A stretch of DNA of 32,000 nt from Candidatus Atelocyanobacterium thalassa isolate ALOHA (GCF_000025125.1 NC_013771.1:1320001-1352000), one strand, 5' to 3'; positions 20,874-29,261 are shown, counted from the first letter of the stretch. A program made the numbers and translations. Notes: a model not told the origin generated them from the sequence alone.

Positions 20874-20915
20874 GGTATAGATAATTGATAAAATGGTATA
20901 GATAATTGATAAAAT
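20874..20915. repeat. perfect tandem duplication, 21 bp x 2 (GGTATAGATAATTGATAAAAT)
   Basis: Copy 1 (20874-20894) and copy 2 (20895-20915) are identical when read directly. The repeat lies in the spacer upstream of rpmI, between rpmI and tRNA-Ala. Confidence 0.9.
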
Positions 20916-20986
20916 AAATGTTTTTTTACTAACTATCTATCAAAATTGACAATACTTTTAAAAAATTATGTACAGTCTAAACTAAA

Positions 20987-21048
20987 TTAATTAAATTTTC
21001 TGATTATTATCTTATACATAAGATAATTTTACGGATTAATTTAATTAA
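20987..21048. repeat. nested AT-rich inverted repeat immediately 3' of tRNA-Ala
   Basis: The outer arms TTAATTAAATT (20987-20997) and AATTTAATTAA (21038-21048) are perfect complements. So are the inner arms ATTATCTTAT (21006-21015) and ATAAGATAAT (21018-21027). The element ends 8 nt from the tRNA 3' end. Confidence 0.6.
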
Positions 21049-21055
21049 AAAAAAT

Positions 21056-21128
21056 GGAGCTAAGCGGATTCGAACCGCTGACTTTCACAATGCCATTGTG
21101 ACACTCTACCAACTGAGTTATAGCCCCT
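21056..21128 (-). tRNA. tRNA-Ala (anticodon GGC), CCA not encoded
   Basis: The reverse complement folds by hand as a 73-nt cloverleaf: GGGGCTA/TA/ACTC-AGTTGGTA-GAGT/G/TCACA-ATGGCAT-TGTGA/AAGTC/AGCGG-TTCGAAT-CCGCT/TAGCTCC/A. It has a G3:U70 pair (the Ala identity element), anticodon GGC, a GTTCGAAT T-loop and discriminator A followed by a T-run. Confidence 0.9.
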
Positions 21129-21329
21129 CGGTTACGTTATCTATAAACATATTTGAAATAGACTTGGTTGTAATAGTAATAATGCAATGATTACTATTAC
21201 TTCGTCAAGTACCTCAATTGAAAATTCACATAAAGTTTCAATATTCTATTGTTTTGATAATAAAATTCATCTACTATGTTTCTAAAGTAGAATATTAAAT
21301 AACAATTACAACAAACATCATATAAAAAA

Positions 21330-21962
21330 ATGGCATCTTATGTAACTTCGTCTGCTAGAGCAGAAATGAGTGAATTAAGGCGGTTAAGAACGCTGCTACC
21401 GCTTGAATTGCAAAACTGGGTCATGATAGAAGGAAGTACAGAAATTAATCCTCCTCTAATTCGATGTGAAGAACTTGGAAGGGATGAAGTTGAGATTCAA
21501 GTTGATTTAGCTAAATGGGAAAGTCTAGCTATAGATCAGCGAAATTTACTATTTTGGCAGGCAGTTGCTCGTATTCAAAATGATACTATACCGCGCGAAG
21601 GATGGGAAATGGCAGCTCTGGCTATTGGCTTAGGGGGAGCTGTAGGAGAACTTTGGGTCCAAGATGCTTTGTTATTAATTCTAGCTATAGGTTTATGTAG
21701 TGTCTCTGGTTATAGGCTATGGCAAAAAAATAACGGAGGACGTAAGCTTAAAGAATCTATTGAAGCAGATGAAAAAGCGATAGTTCTGGCCACACGTTTT
21801 GATTATACACTTCAAAATGCTTATAAAAGCTTAGGTAGTGCTTTCAAGACACTTATTGAACAGACTCCCAACCGTCGTCAAAGAAAAGAGTATGAATCAA
21901 GACTACAAGCCTTAAGACGTAGTGCTAGTAAAGCAAAAGAAAAAATGCAGAGAGAAAAATAA
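21330..21962 (+). CDS. conserved cyanobacterial hypothetical protein with two central TM helices (DUF3318-like; family name unverified)
   Basis: 210-aa ORF with normal composition. It has the hydrophobic segments AALAIGLGGAVGELWV and LLLILAIGLCSVSGY and a basic C-terminal helix. The family assignment is from memory only. Confidence 0.6.
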   Translation: MASYVTSSARAEMSELRRLRTLLPLELQNWVMIEGSTEINPPLIRCEELGRDEVEIQVDLAKWESLAIDQRNLLFWQAVARIQNDTIPREGWEMAALAIGLGGAVGELWVQDALLLILAIGLCSVSGYRLWQKNNGGRKLKESIEADEKAIVLATRFDYTLQNAYKSLGSAFKTLIEQTPNRRQRKEYESRLQALRRSASKAKEKMQREK

Positions 21963-22099
21963 TGATAATGAATTGATTTTAAAATTAACAATTAATTATG
22001 ATAGTGTAAATTTGCATAAGATAGTTAACAAAGTTTTAAATAGTAAAATTAATAAGTTAGAGTCAAGGGTTATTTGTCTATTCCTTGATATAGTTATTA

Positions 22100-22145
22100 A
22101 AAGAAAAAGAGGAACAGTTTGTACAAACTGTTCCTCTTTTTCTTT
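22100..22145. terminator. bidirectional intrinsic terminator (perfect 46-nt palindrome) between the convergent DUF3318-like gene and glnA
   Basis: 22100-22122 (AAAGAAAAAGAGGAACAGTTTGT) is the exact reverse complement of 22123-22145. An A-tract, a GC-containing stem and a T-tract give a U-run after the stem on both strands. Confidence 0.8.
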
Positions 22146-22227
22146 GAGTAACTTCTATTTCTTTTAATAACTTTTATAACTTATAAATATAAGAAGTAAG
22201 AATGTCATTATAAAAGTTGAGGACCAA

Positions 22228-23649
22228 CTATACATCATAATAAAGAGCGAACTCATAAGGATGAGGACGTAAACGCATGGGTTGAATCTCATTATCAAAC
22301 TTATATTCAATCCAATTGGTAATAAAATCTTCTGTAAAGACGCCACTACTGGTTAAAAATTCATGATCCTTTTCTAAGTTTTCTAACGCTTGTTCAAGAG
22401 AAGGAGGAGTGGAAGGAATTTTATTTATCTGCTCAGGAGGTAAGTCATATATATCAACATCTAAAGACTGTCCTGGATCAATTTTATTTTTTACGCCATC
22501 AATTCCTGCACATAAAATAGCTGAAAATCCCAAATAAGGATTACATGTTGCGTCAGGACAACGAAATTCTAATCTTTTTGCTTTAGGATCAAGACCTGAT
22601 ACGGGAATACGAATAGAAGCAGAACGATTTCCTTGAGAATAGGCAAGATTTACAGGAGCTTCATATCCAGGAACAAGACGTTTATAAGAGTTAGTAGTAG
22701 GATTTGTTATGGCTAAAAGTGCAGGAGCATGTTTTAAAATACCACCGATATAGTGTAATGCAATTTCACTTAAATTTGCATAACCATCTCCCCAGAATAA
22801 AGGTTGTCCATCTTTCCATATCGAGTGATGAGCATGCATACCTGAACCATTATCATTAAACAAAGGTTTAGGCATAAATGTTGCTGTTTTACCATATTTC
22901 TTAGCTACATTTTTAATAACATATTTATAAGTCATTAAGTGATCTGCTGCTTCAATTAAAGGAGCAAAGCGAAATCCTAATTCGTTTTGTCCTCCTGTCG
23001 CAACTTCATGATGATGTTGTTCAACAGGAACACCGCACTTTGCCATGGTTAACAACATTTCTGTTCTCATGTCTTGCATAGTATCGGTTGGAGCAACAGG
23101 AAAATAAGCTTGTTTAAAACTTGGCTTATAACCTAAATTACCCCCTTCTTCTTTTTTCCCTGTATTCCAACGCCCTTCTACACTATCAATGTAGTAATAA
23201 GCTTTATTTTCAGTTTGATCAAAACGTATGTCATCAAAGACGAAGAATTCTGCCTCTGGTCCAAAATATGCAGTATCTCCAATGCCTGTGTCTTTTAGGT
23301 AATCTACCGCTCTTTGAGCAATCGTACGTGGATCTCTGTCATACCAGTCTCCAGTACGTGGTTCCTTGATTCCACACGTGAGACTTAGTGTTGGTTCTTT
23401 ATAGAATGGATCGATCCAAGCTGTTTCAGGGTCGGGAACCATACACATATCAGACTCATTAATGGTTTTCCACCCTCTAATACTAGAACCGTCAAAAGGC
23501 ACTCCATCAATGAAGGAATTTTCATTAATTTGATTATGATAAAAAGAACAATGTTGCCAAGTTCCAGGCATATCAATAAATTTAAGATCAATAATTTTAA
23601 TATTTTGATCTTGCACCATTTTCAAGATTTCTTGAGCTGTTTGGGCCAT
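22228..23649 (-). CDS. glnA: glutamine synthetase type I
   Basis: 473-aa ORF with GSI motifs throughout ([72 protein letters not shown]). An AAGGAG SD lies 7 nt upstream of the ATG. Confidence 0.97.
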   Translation of the reverse strand: MAQTAQEILKMVQDQNIKIIDLKFIDMPGTWQHCSFYHNQINENSFIDGVPFDGSSIRGWKTINESDMCMVPDPETAWIDPFYKEPTLSLTCGIKEPRTGDWYDRDPRTIAQRAVDYLKDTGIGDTAYFGPEAEFFVFDDIRFDQTENKAYYYIDSVEGRWNTGKKEEGGNLGYKPSFKQAYFPVAPTDTMQDMRTEMLLTMAKCGVPVEQHHHEVATGGQNELGFRFAPLIEAADHLMTYKYVIKNVAKKYGKTATFMPKPLFNDNGSGMHAHHSIWKDGQPLFWGDGYANLSEIALHYIGGILKHAPALLAITNPTTNSYKRLVPGYEAPVNLAYSQGNRSASIRIPVSGLDPKAKRLEFRCPDATCNPYLGFSAILCAGIDGVKNKIDPGQSLDVDIYDLPPEQINKIPSTPPSLEQALENLEKDHEFLTSSGVFTEDFITNWIEYKFDNEIQPMRLRPHPYEFALYYDV

Positions 23650-23928
23650 GTAAAACTCCTTAGAATACTAAAATATATACAGTAACTTGATATGAGGCTT
23701 CGAACAACTGATAATACCGAAAGCTTTTTAAAGATTTTACGCAATCTAGTATTTGTCAGAGTTATTAAACTTATAAATAATATTAAATTGTGACAAAAAT
23801 AAGAAGAAAAATCTTATTTTCATCTCATATGCCATGTCAATATCAATAAACTAAGAAAAAGTAATTCAATCTAATTAGATTAACGATATAGTACAATTTG
23901 ATATAAGTTTATTGAACATCTTTTATTA

Positions 23929-24606
23929 ATGCAGGTTTTATTCCAATTCAAATCCATTATTTGGTTAATTTCAAGTATATCTTTGAAACATTTCAAATAT
24001 GATGTTAAACATTTCCTTACAAAAAAGCAATGGCAAAGTACGATTGTTTATTTATTAATATCCACAATGACTACTTTTATGCTTGCTTGGAACTGGAAAT
24101 TAATTTGTGCAATCTTAATAGGTATCATTTTAATGATCTTTATACAGAAAGCTCAAAATAAAAGCTTTCAAAATATTGTATTAAATTGGTATAAATTTTT
24201 GAATAGCCCAAAGGGAAAACTTGCTTTAGCTGTTGTGAGCGGCTGTTTTGGAATAATGGGAAGCTACATAACTTTATCTGCATTACCTAATATTGGAAAT
24301 TATTGGTTGGCAAGTGAACTAATTTTTCAAGACTTAGGAATTTTTATAATATTAATAATTCTTGTTCCGCAGTTATTTGATTTACTAGAAAAAAAGCAAA
24401 ATATACAGTATAAGGAGTTAATATCCCAATTAAGTGAACTTAATCCTTTAAAGCGTTTAATTGCTGTTCAGGATGTATCTCAATTACTTGAAAAGAAACA
24501 ATTAAATATAAACCAAGAAAAAGAAGTACTAGAATATTTCAAATTTATGTTGAATCAAGAACAAGAGATAGTAATTCGCCAAAATATTTTAAAAAATTTA
24601 TTTTAA
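23929..24606 (+). CDS. hypothetical integral membrane protein with a helical C-terminal tail
   Basis: 225-aa ORF with about 4 predicted TM segments (IVYLLISTMTTFMLAW, LICAILIGIILMIFI, LALAVVSGCFGIMGSYITL, LGIFIILIILVPQLF) followed by a charged helical tail. I recognise no family, and the start codon is uncertain. Confidence 0.5.
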   Translation: MQVLFQFKSIIWLISSISLKHFKYDVKHFLTKKQWQSTIVYLLISTMTTFMLAWNWKLICAILIGIILMIFIQKAQNKSFQNIVLNWYKFLNSPKGKLALAVVSGCFGIMGSYITLSALPNIGNYWLASELIFQDLGIFIILIILVPQLFDLLEKKQNIQYKELISQLSELNPLKRLIAVQDVSQLLEKKQLNINQEKEVLEYFKFMLNQEQEIVIRQNILKNLF

Positions 24607-24646
24607 GGTATTTTTTGAAATTATTATTTTTTATTTGACCTATTAT

Positions 24647-25330
24647 CTAAATTTGTTTAGCAAAATGGTTCAATTGCTTGAGATTAGTCAATGATAAGGT
24701 TTGTTGGATAGTATTTATCTCTATACAACCTTGATTTTGTAATTGTATTATGATGTTTTGACATTCTTCACGAGAGATGCCAGAAGCATCAGCTAAATCT
24801 TGGTTAGTAAATTGTAATATCTCTAATCCTTCTGATGTTAACTTGCCATAGGTTTCGGCAAATTTAATTAAAGCCTTAATTAATCTTATTTTTGGCTTTT
24901 GTTGGCGTAGTTGAAGACGGCGATATAAATAGCGATATCTTTTAACGCTTAGTTGTAGCATTTTGTGATGTACTTGAGGATCCTTAAATAGCATCTGTAA
25001 GAAGCGCTGAGCTGAAATACTTATTAAATGAACTTCAGACAAAGCGACGACATCTATACATTTAAGAGGTTCGTCAAGTATTTCCATTTCTCCCCAAAAA
25101 TCACCTTTGCTGAGGATTTCTAAAGTTAGTTCTTGGCTAGAATCACGAGAACGTACTTTAACCCATCCAGAAATTATGAAGTAAATTGCCTTTCCACAAT
25201 CATTCTCCTTGATAATTTCTTCATTTTGAGCATAGTGTTCTTCATCTGCTACGGATATTATCCACTCTATAGTTTCTGGACTTGCTACACTAAACAGAGG
25301 GAATAGCTCTACGATTACTTGAGTTTCCAT
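24647..25330 (-). CDS. Crp/Fnr-family transcriptional regulator (not NtcA)
   Basis: 227-aa ORF with a cNMP-binding-fold beta-roll (AIYFIISGWVKV...GDFWGEMEIL) and a C-terminal HTH (TNQDLADASGISREECQNIIIQLQNQGCI). The sequence is unlike the highly conserved NtcA. Confidence 0.85.
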   Translation of the reverse strand: METQVIVELFPLFSVASPETIEWIISVADEEHYAQNEEIIKENDCGKAIYFIISGWVKVRSRDSSQELTLEILSKGDFWGEMEILDEPLKCIDVVALSEVHLISISAQRFLQMLFKDPQVHHKMLQLSVKRYRYLYRRLQLRQQKPKIRLIKALIKFAETYGKLTSEGLEILQFTNQDLADASGISREECQNIIIQLQNQGCIEINTIQQTLSLTNLKQLNHFAKQI

Positions 25331-25619
25331 TAAAGGTGCTTTAAGATGGCACTGAATAAAAGGTTAAAAGGTATTAATTGATTGATTTTATCTTTTTTCA
25401 ATCTCCCATTCAATGATAAACCCCATAGATACTCTAAGTCTAGAGTTGTTAGAATGGTATAGAGAAGAAAATCTAACAAAAATTAGCAAACATACAGTTT
25501 TTAAAGAAATATTAACTAGATTTATTTTTAATATAAATGATTTAAAAGTATTATCTAACTAATAATATTAGAAGAAAACTATGGGAATGATATATTTTTT
25601 CATCTTTTTATATATGTAG

Positions 25620-26354
25620 GTGCTAGAATATCAGCTACTCAAATTAAATAGAAATACACAGATACTCATGATGTTAGACCAATTCCGTAATTACTATCCT
25701 CAAGGAAGTTTAATTAGTGAGCTAATAACTATTGATCATGGAAAATATATTGTTAGAGCATTAGTACAAATTAATGGTGTCGTTTTAGGGACAGGCTTGG
25801 CTGCAGATAATATAATAGAAATAGCTGAAGATCGTGCTATAAATAGAGCTTTGAAAAGTATAGTAGAAGCTAGATCTTCTACTAAGCTGAATTCTACTAA
25901 TTTAGACTCGAGACTTAGCAATACTGCTTCAATTTCTTCAGAAAAACTAATAACACCTTTAAACACAGATACAGAAAGAAGTAAACAGGATAATAAAGAC
26001 TATCTTTCATTAGACTCTAAAGCTTTAGATATAGTAGAAGAAGATAATCAAGAATTTACTAGTTTTGAAGAGCCTGACGATAAGATAAATGAATTAGAAC
26101 AAGATGAAAACTTTTCTCTTGTTTCCAGTGACAATAATACTCCTCTTGATTCTAAAGCAGATAATGAATCTCTCGATTTTTCGGAAATTATTGCTCGTTC
26201 GAATATAGAATTAAAACGAGTAAAATGGACAACAGAACAAGGTAGAGATTATTTGATCAAAACTTACGGCAAAAGATCCCGCCAAGTGCTTTCTGACAAG
26301 GAACTTTTAGATTTTCTTCATTATTTAGAAAACCTTCCAACGCCCATACAGTAG
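25620..26354 (+). CDS. hypothetical protein with a dsRBD-like N-terminal module, an acidic/Ser-rich linker and a basic conserved-looking C-terminal module
   Basis: 244-aa ORF that starts at GTG in the ORF track, with an alternative ATG at 25668. The N-terminal part is GKYIVRALVQINGVVLGTGLAADNIIEIAEDRAINRALKSI. The middle is rich in D/E/S/N. The C-terminal part is KRVKWTTEQGRDYLIKTYGKRSRQVLSDKELLDFLHYLENLP. Confidence 0.6.
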   Translation: MLEYQLLKLNRNTQILMMLDQFRNYYPQGSLISELITIDHGKYIVRALVQINGVVLGTGLAADNIIEIAEDRAINRALKSIVEARSSTKLNSTNLDSRLSNTASISSEKLITPLNTDTERSKQDNKDYLSLDSKALDIVEEDNQEFTSFEEPDDKINELEQDENFSLVSSDNNTPLDSKADNESLDFSEIIARSNIELKRVKWTTEQGRDYLIKTYGKRSRQVLSDKELLDFLHYLENLPTPIQ

Positions 26355-26371
26355 AATTAGCTTGTTTTTTT

Positions 26372-26409
26372 ATTAGATAGAGGTGGATGATTCAACACCC
26401 CTATCTAAT
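26372..26409. terminator. 14-bp stem hairpin between the convergent hypothetical gene and clpP
   Basis: ATTAGATAGAGGTG (26372-26385) pairs with CACCCCTATCTAAT (26396-26409). There is one non-WC position, which is A:C on the + strand and G:U on the - strand, and a 10-nt loop. The U-tracts are not well placed for either strand. Confidence 0.4.
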
Positions 26410-26421
26410 AAGTATTTAAGT

Positions 26422-27024
26422 TTAAGAAGTTGGAGAGTTAGTTGTTGAGGAATCACGACTAATAACTTGATCAATTAATCCGTAATTTTTAGCCTCTTCT
26501 GCAGACATAAAAAAGTCTCGTTCTGTGTCTTCAGCAATTTTGCTTAAGGGTTGTCCTGTATGGTCGGCAAGATGATTATTCAAAAGACTTTTAAGGTAAA
26601 GGATCTCTTTAGCTTGTATCTCAATATCTGTAGCTTGTCCTTGGGCACCACCTAAAGGTTGATGAATCATAATACGGGAGTTAGGTAAACTCATTCTTTT
26701 ACCTTTAGCTCCTGCACTAAGGAGGAACGCTCCCATACTTGCTGCCAAACCTGTACAAACAGTACATACATCGGGTTGAATTTTATTCATTGTATCAAAA
26801 ATCCCTAGTCCAGAAGATACGGAACCACCTGGAGAATTAATATACAAATAAATATCTCTTTCAGGATCTTCTGCTTCGAGAAATAATAGCTGAGCTACAA
26901 TTAAATTGGAATTTTCATCTCTAACTTCTTGTCCCAGAAATACAATACGTTCTCGTAAAAGGCGAGAATAAATATCAAATGCGCGTTCGCCACGGCCAGA
27001 GGTTTCAATAACAGTAGGAATCAT
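26422..27024 (-). CDS. clpP: ATP-dependent Clp protease proteolytic subunit (catalytically competent paralog)
   Basis: 200-aa ORF with [20 protein letters not shown] and the Ser-His-Asp triad contexts [20 protein letters not shown] and TERDFFMSA. Confidence 0.95.
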   Translation of the reverse strand: MIPTVIETSGRGERAFDIYSRLLRERIVFLGQEVRDENSNLIVAQLLFLEAEDPERDIYLYINSPGGSVSSGLGIFDTMNKIQPDVCTVCTGLAASMGAFLLSAGAKGKRMSLPNSRIMIHQPLGGAQGQATDIEIQAKEILYLKSLLNNHLADHTGQPLSKIAEDTERDFFMSAEEAKNYGLIDQVISRDSSTTNSPTS

Positions 27025-27277
27025 GGAGCTTTTTTTTTATGTTTGTTATGATCTTAGCGACTTTATCCACACAAAACCATAATAAATTATGATAATTGTT
27101 AAATTTAAAAATTTAAATCACTCAAAATAATACTAGTATCGATTATTCTTCAACTAATGTAAGCTATGGTCAGTAAAAAAGACTTATTAAATTATAAGTT
27201 ATGAAACTTATCAACAATACCAGCTCATTAATAACTTATTCTAGCTCTAATATGTTAGCTATTTTATCAGTTTTTAT

Positions 27278-27694
27278 CTAAAATATTTTTTGAAACGTTT
27301 TTATAGATTCTAATTGTTGATTTTTCTGTTGTAACTGTATAGCAACAGAATTACAGACCAAATCACATAACGAAAAAACTAATGGATTTGCGATCGCATA
27401 AAATACATTAACACCTTCTTGAGTTCTTGTAACGATACCAGCCTGCGATAACACTTTTAAATGTTTAGAGACATTAGCTTGCCCTAGTTCTGTAATCTCA
27501 ATAATTTGGGAAACATTTTTCCCCCCATTTTTGAGTGCACAAATAATTTGTAATCGACTAACTTCTGATAAGACTTTAAAGAAATCTGCAATCATTGTTA
27601 AAACTGCGGGAGATAAATTAGAGATTTCTCCTTTTTCCAAGAAATTCATCTTAGGAGTGTATTGAGAGTAAGTCGTTTCTAATATACTTTCCAT
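27278..27694 (-). CDS. ArsR/SmtB-family winged-helix transcriptional regulator
   Basis: 138-aa ORF with FKVLSEVSRLQIICALKNGGKNVSQIIEITELGQANVSKHLKVLSQAGIVTRTQEGVNVFY, the classic ArsR HTH plus wing. Confidence 0.85.
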   Translation of the reverse strand: MESILETTYSQYTPKMNFLEKGEISNLSPAVLTMIADFFKVLSEVSRLQIICALKNGGKNVSQIIEITELGQANVSKHLKVLSQAGIVTRTQEGVNVFYAIANPLVFSLCDLVCNSVAIQLQQKNQQLESIKTFQKIF

Positions 27695-27853
27695 AGAAGC
27701 AATAGGCTGTATAAATACTTGGTGAGCCTCATTATAGCTTAATTAGTTTCATTTTCCTATATAACTAAGTAGTTATTTATTAACCTAAAAAAGCTATTTT
27801 CTAAACTATATTGTCAAGATTACAATAATGAAATTACCGAATAAGAGAAAGTA

Positions 27854-28585
27854 ATGAAGATAGATCAACTATTAAACAAGTATGATTTAGGAGAAAGGAA
27901 TTTTCAAAGCATTTGTTTAAGAGAAGTAGATTTAACAGAAGTTAATCTTCCTAAGATTAACTTTGAATCAGCTGATATAAGGCAAAGTCGTTTAGGAAAA
28001 AGTAATTTTAATGGAGCGATATTAAAGCAAGCTGATTTAAGCGAATCCATTATTTGGGGGACGAACTTAGAAAATACCAACTTATCTAAAGCTATATTGA
28101 GAGATACAGATCTCAGTGGGGCCGAGTTAACTAATGCCGATCTTACAAATGCTTATTTAAGCAAAGCCAGCTTATGTGGAGCAAATTTAGCAAAAGCAAA
28201 CTTATCACATGCCGTATTGTACGAAGTGGATTTACGTCCTTTATCAAATAGAAGAACCAATTTAGGAAGAGCAAATTTAAGTTCCACTGATTTGTCCTAT
28301 GCCAAATTAAGCTCAGCTTTACTATTTAGAGCTAATTTATCAGGAGCAAAACTCTGTCGAGCAGAACTCAACCAAGATCCTTACAAGTTTCCTTTCTTGA
28401 CAGATTTAACAGAAGCAAATTTACAAGGAGCAGATCTAAGTTACGCAGATTTAGGTAATGCTATTTTAGTTAATGCTAATTTAAAAAATGCGGATTTAAC
28501 TGGTACTAATCTCAAAGGAGCAAATTTACAAGGAGCTATTATGCCAGATGGGAACACATATAAGTCGTTAAATTTTAATAAATAA
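27854..28585 (+). CDS. pentapeptide-repeat protein
   Basis: 243-aa ORF that is almost entirely A(D/N)LxX pentapeptide repeats (ADLSESI, TNLENTNLSKAILRDTDLSGAELTNADLTNAYLSKASLCGANLAKANLSHAVL...). It has no signal peptide. Confidence 0.9.
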   Translation: MKIDQLLNKYDLGERNFQSICLREVDLTEVNLPKINFESADIRQSRLGKSNFNGAILKQADLSESIIWGTNLENTNLSKAILRDTDLSGAELTNADLTNAYLSKASLCGANLAKANLSHAVLYEVDLRPLSNRRTNLGRANLSSTDLSYAKLSSALLFRANLSGAKLCRAELNQDPYKFPFLTDLTEANLQGADLSYADLGNAILVNANLKNADLTGTNLKGANLQGAIMPDGNTYKSLNFNK

Positions 28586-28702
28586 ATATTTTGATAAAGA
28601 TTACGTAAAATGATTCGTTAAATATTTCTTCACAAGATTTACCTAAATATTTGAAAAGTAATATGACAAAACTTGACTTTTAATAAAAAAAGTACACAAT
28701 AG

Positions 28703-28732
28703 GGCAAGTCTTAGCATCGACTTGCCTTATTT
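28703..28732 (+). terminator. intrinsic terminator after the pentapeptide-repeat gene
   Basis: GGCAAGTC (28703-28710) pairs with GACTTGCC (28719-28726) around an 8-nt loop, followed by TTATTT. It is preceded by an A-run, so it may work in both directions. Confidence 0.65.
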
Positions 28733-28802
28733 ATGATCTATTGTAAAATTAAGGTTTGGTATAAAAAATATTGTGTAGTAAGTGTAAAAGAGGATAGCTA
28801 TT

Positions 28803-29261
28803 ATGTCTAAACGAGTTCCAATGGTCTTAAGTAAGTCTATTAGTAAATTAGGAAAAATTGGTGATTTGGTAGAAGTTGCTCCAGGATATGCCAGAAACTA
28901 TCTTCTTCCCCAAAAATTAGCTGTTATCGCTACCAGCAGTATTCTTAAACAAGTTGAACAACGTAAAGAGAAAGAATCTCAAAGACTTTTGTTAGCGAAA
29001 CAAGTAGCAGAAGAACAAAAAGTTTCTTTAGAATCTGTCGAATCTTTCACCATTAGCAAACAAGTTGGAGAAGGGGAAGCAATCTTTGGAACTGTTACTA
29101 GTCAAGAAGTTGTAGAAATCATACAAAAGATAACTAATCAAGAGATAGATCGCCGAGGTGTTGATCTTCCTGAAATTAATCAAATTGGTTCTTATGAAGC
29201 AACTATTAAAATTCATCCAGAAGTAATTGCTAATATTAAAATTCAAGTAGTACCTGCTTAA
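28803..29261 (+). CDS. rplI: 50S ribosomal protein L9
   Basis: 152-aa ORF with V.L...[25 protein letters not shown] at the N-terminus, the canonical L9 sequence. An AGAGGA SD lies upstream. Confidence 0.93.
   Translation: MSKRVPMVLSKSISKLGKIGDLVEVAPGYARNYLLPQKLAVIATSSILKQVEQRKEKESQRLLLAKQVAEEQKVSLESVESFTISKQVGEGEAIFGTVTSQEVVEIIQKITNQEIDRRGVDLPEINQIGSYEATIKIHPEVIANIKIQVVPA

Noticed and set aside
21922-22346. Track ORFs 21922-22167 (+, 81 aa) and 22164-22346 (-, 60 aa) in or around the glnA 3' spacer.
   Set aside because: The first overlaps the end of the DUF3318-like gene and reads straight through the 46-nt terminator palindrome. The second overlaps the 3' end of glnA out of frame. Both translations are K/N/I/F-rich, as expected from AT-rich non-coding DNA.
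23891-23904. Near-NtcA box GTA-N8-TAT between glnA and the divergent membrane-protein ORF.
   Set aside because: It deviates in the critical TAC half-site when read in the GTA-first direction. It lies ~240 nt from the glnA start, and -10-like hexamers are ubiquitous in this AT-rich DNA. This is insufficient to call a regulatory site.
25413-25562. 49-codon + strand ORF (MINPIDTLSLELLEWYREENLTKISKHTVFKEILTRFIFNINDLKVLSN) in the spacer upstream of the bipartite hypothetical gene.
   Set aside because: It has no SD and no recognisable family. An open frame of this length occurs by chance a few times in ~6 kb of spacer read in six frames. It is kept only as something to test against proteomics or conservation data.
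23929-28585. The cluster of membrane protein, Crp-like regulator, bipartite protein, ClpP, ArsR and pentapeptide protein considered as a candidate novel defence or signalling system.
   Set aside because: The genes are in mixed orientations, separated by terminator-like hairpins and 150-290-bp spacers, so they do not form an operon. ClpP is a housekeeping paralog with an intact triad. No nuclease, cyclase, NTPase or effector domains are present. There is no sequence-level evidence that they function together.
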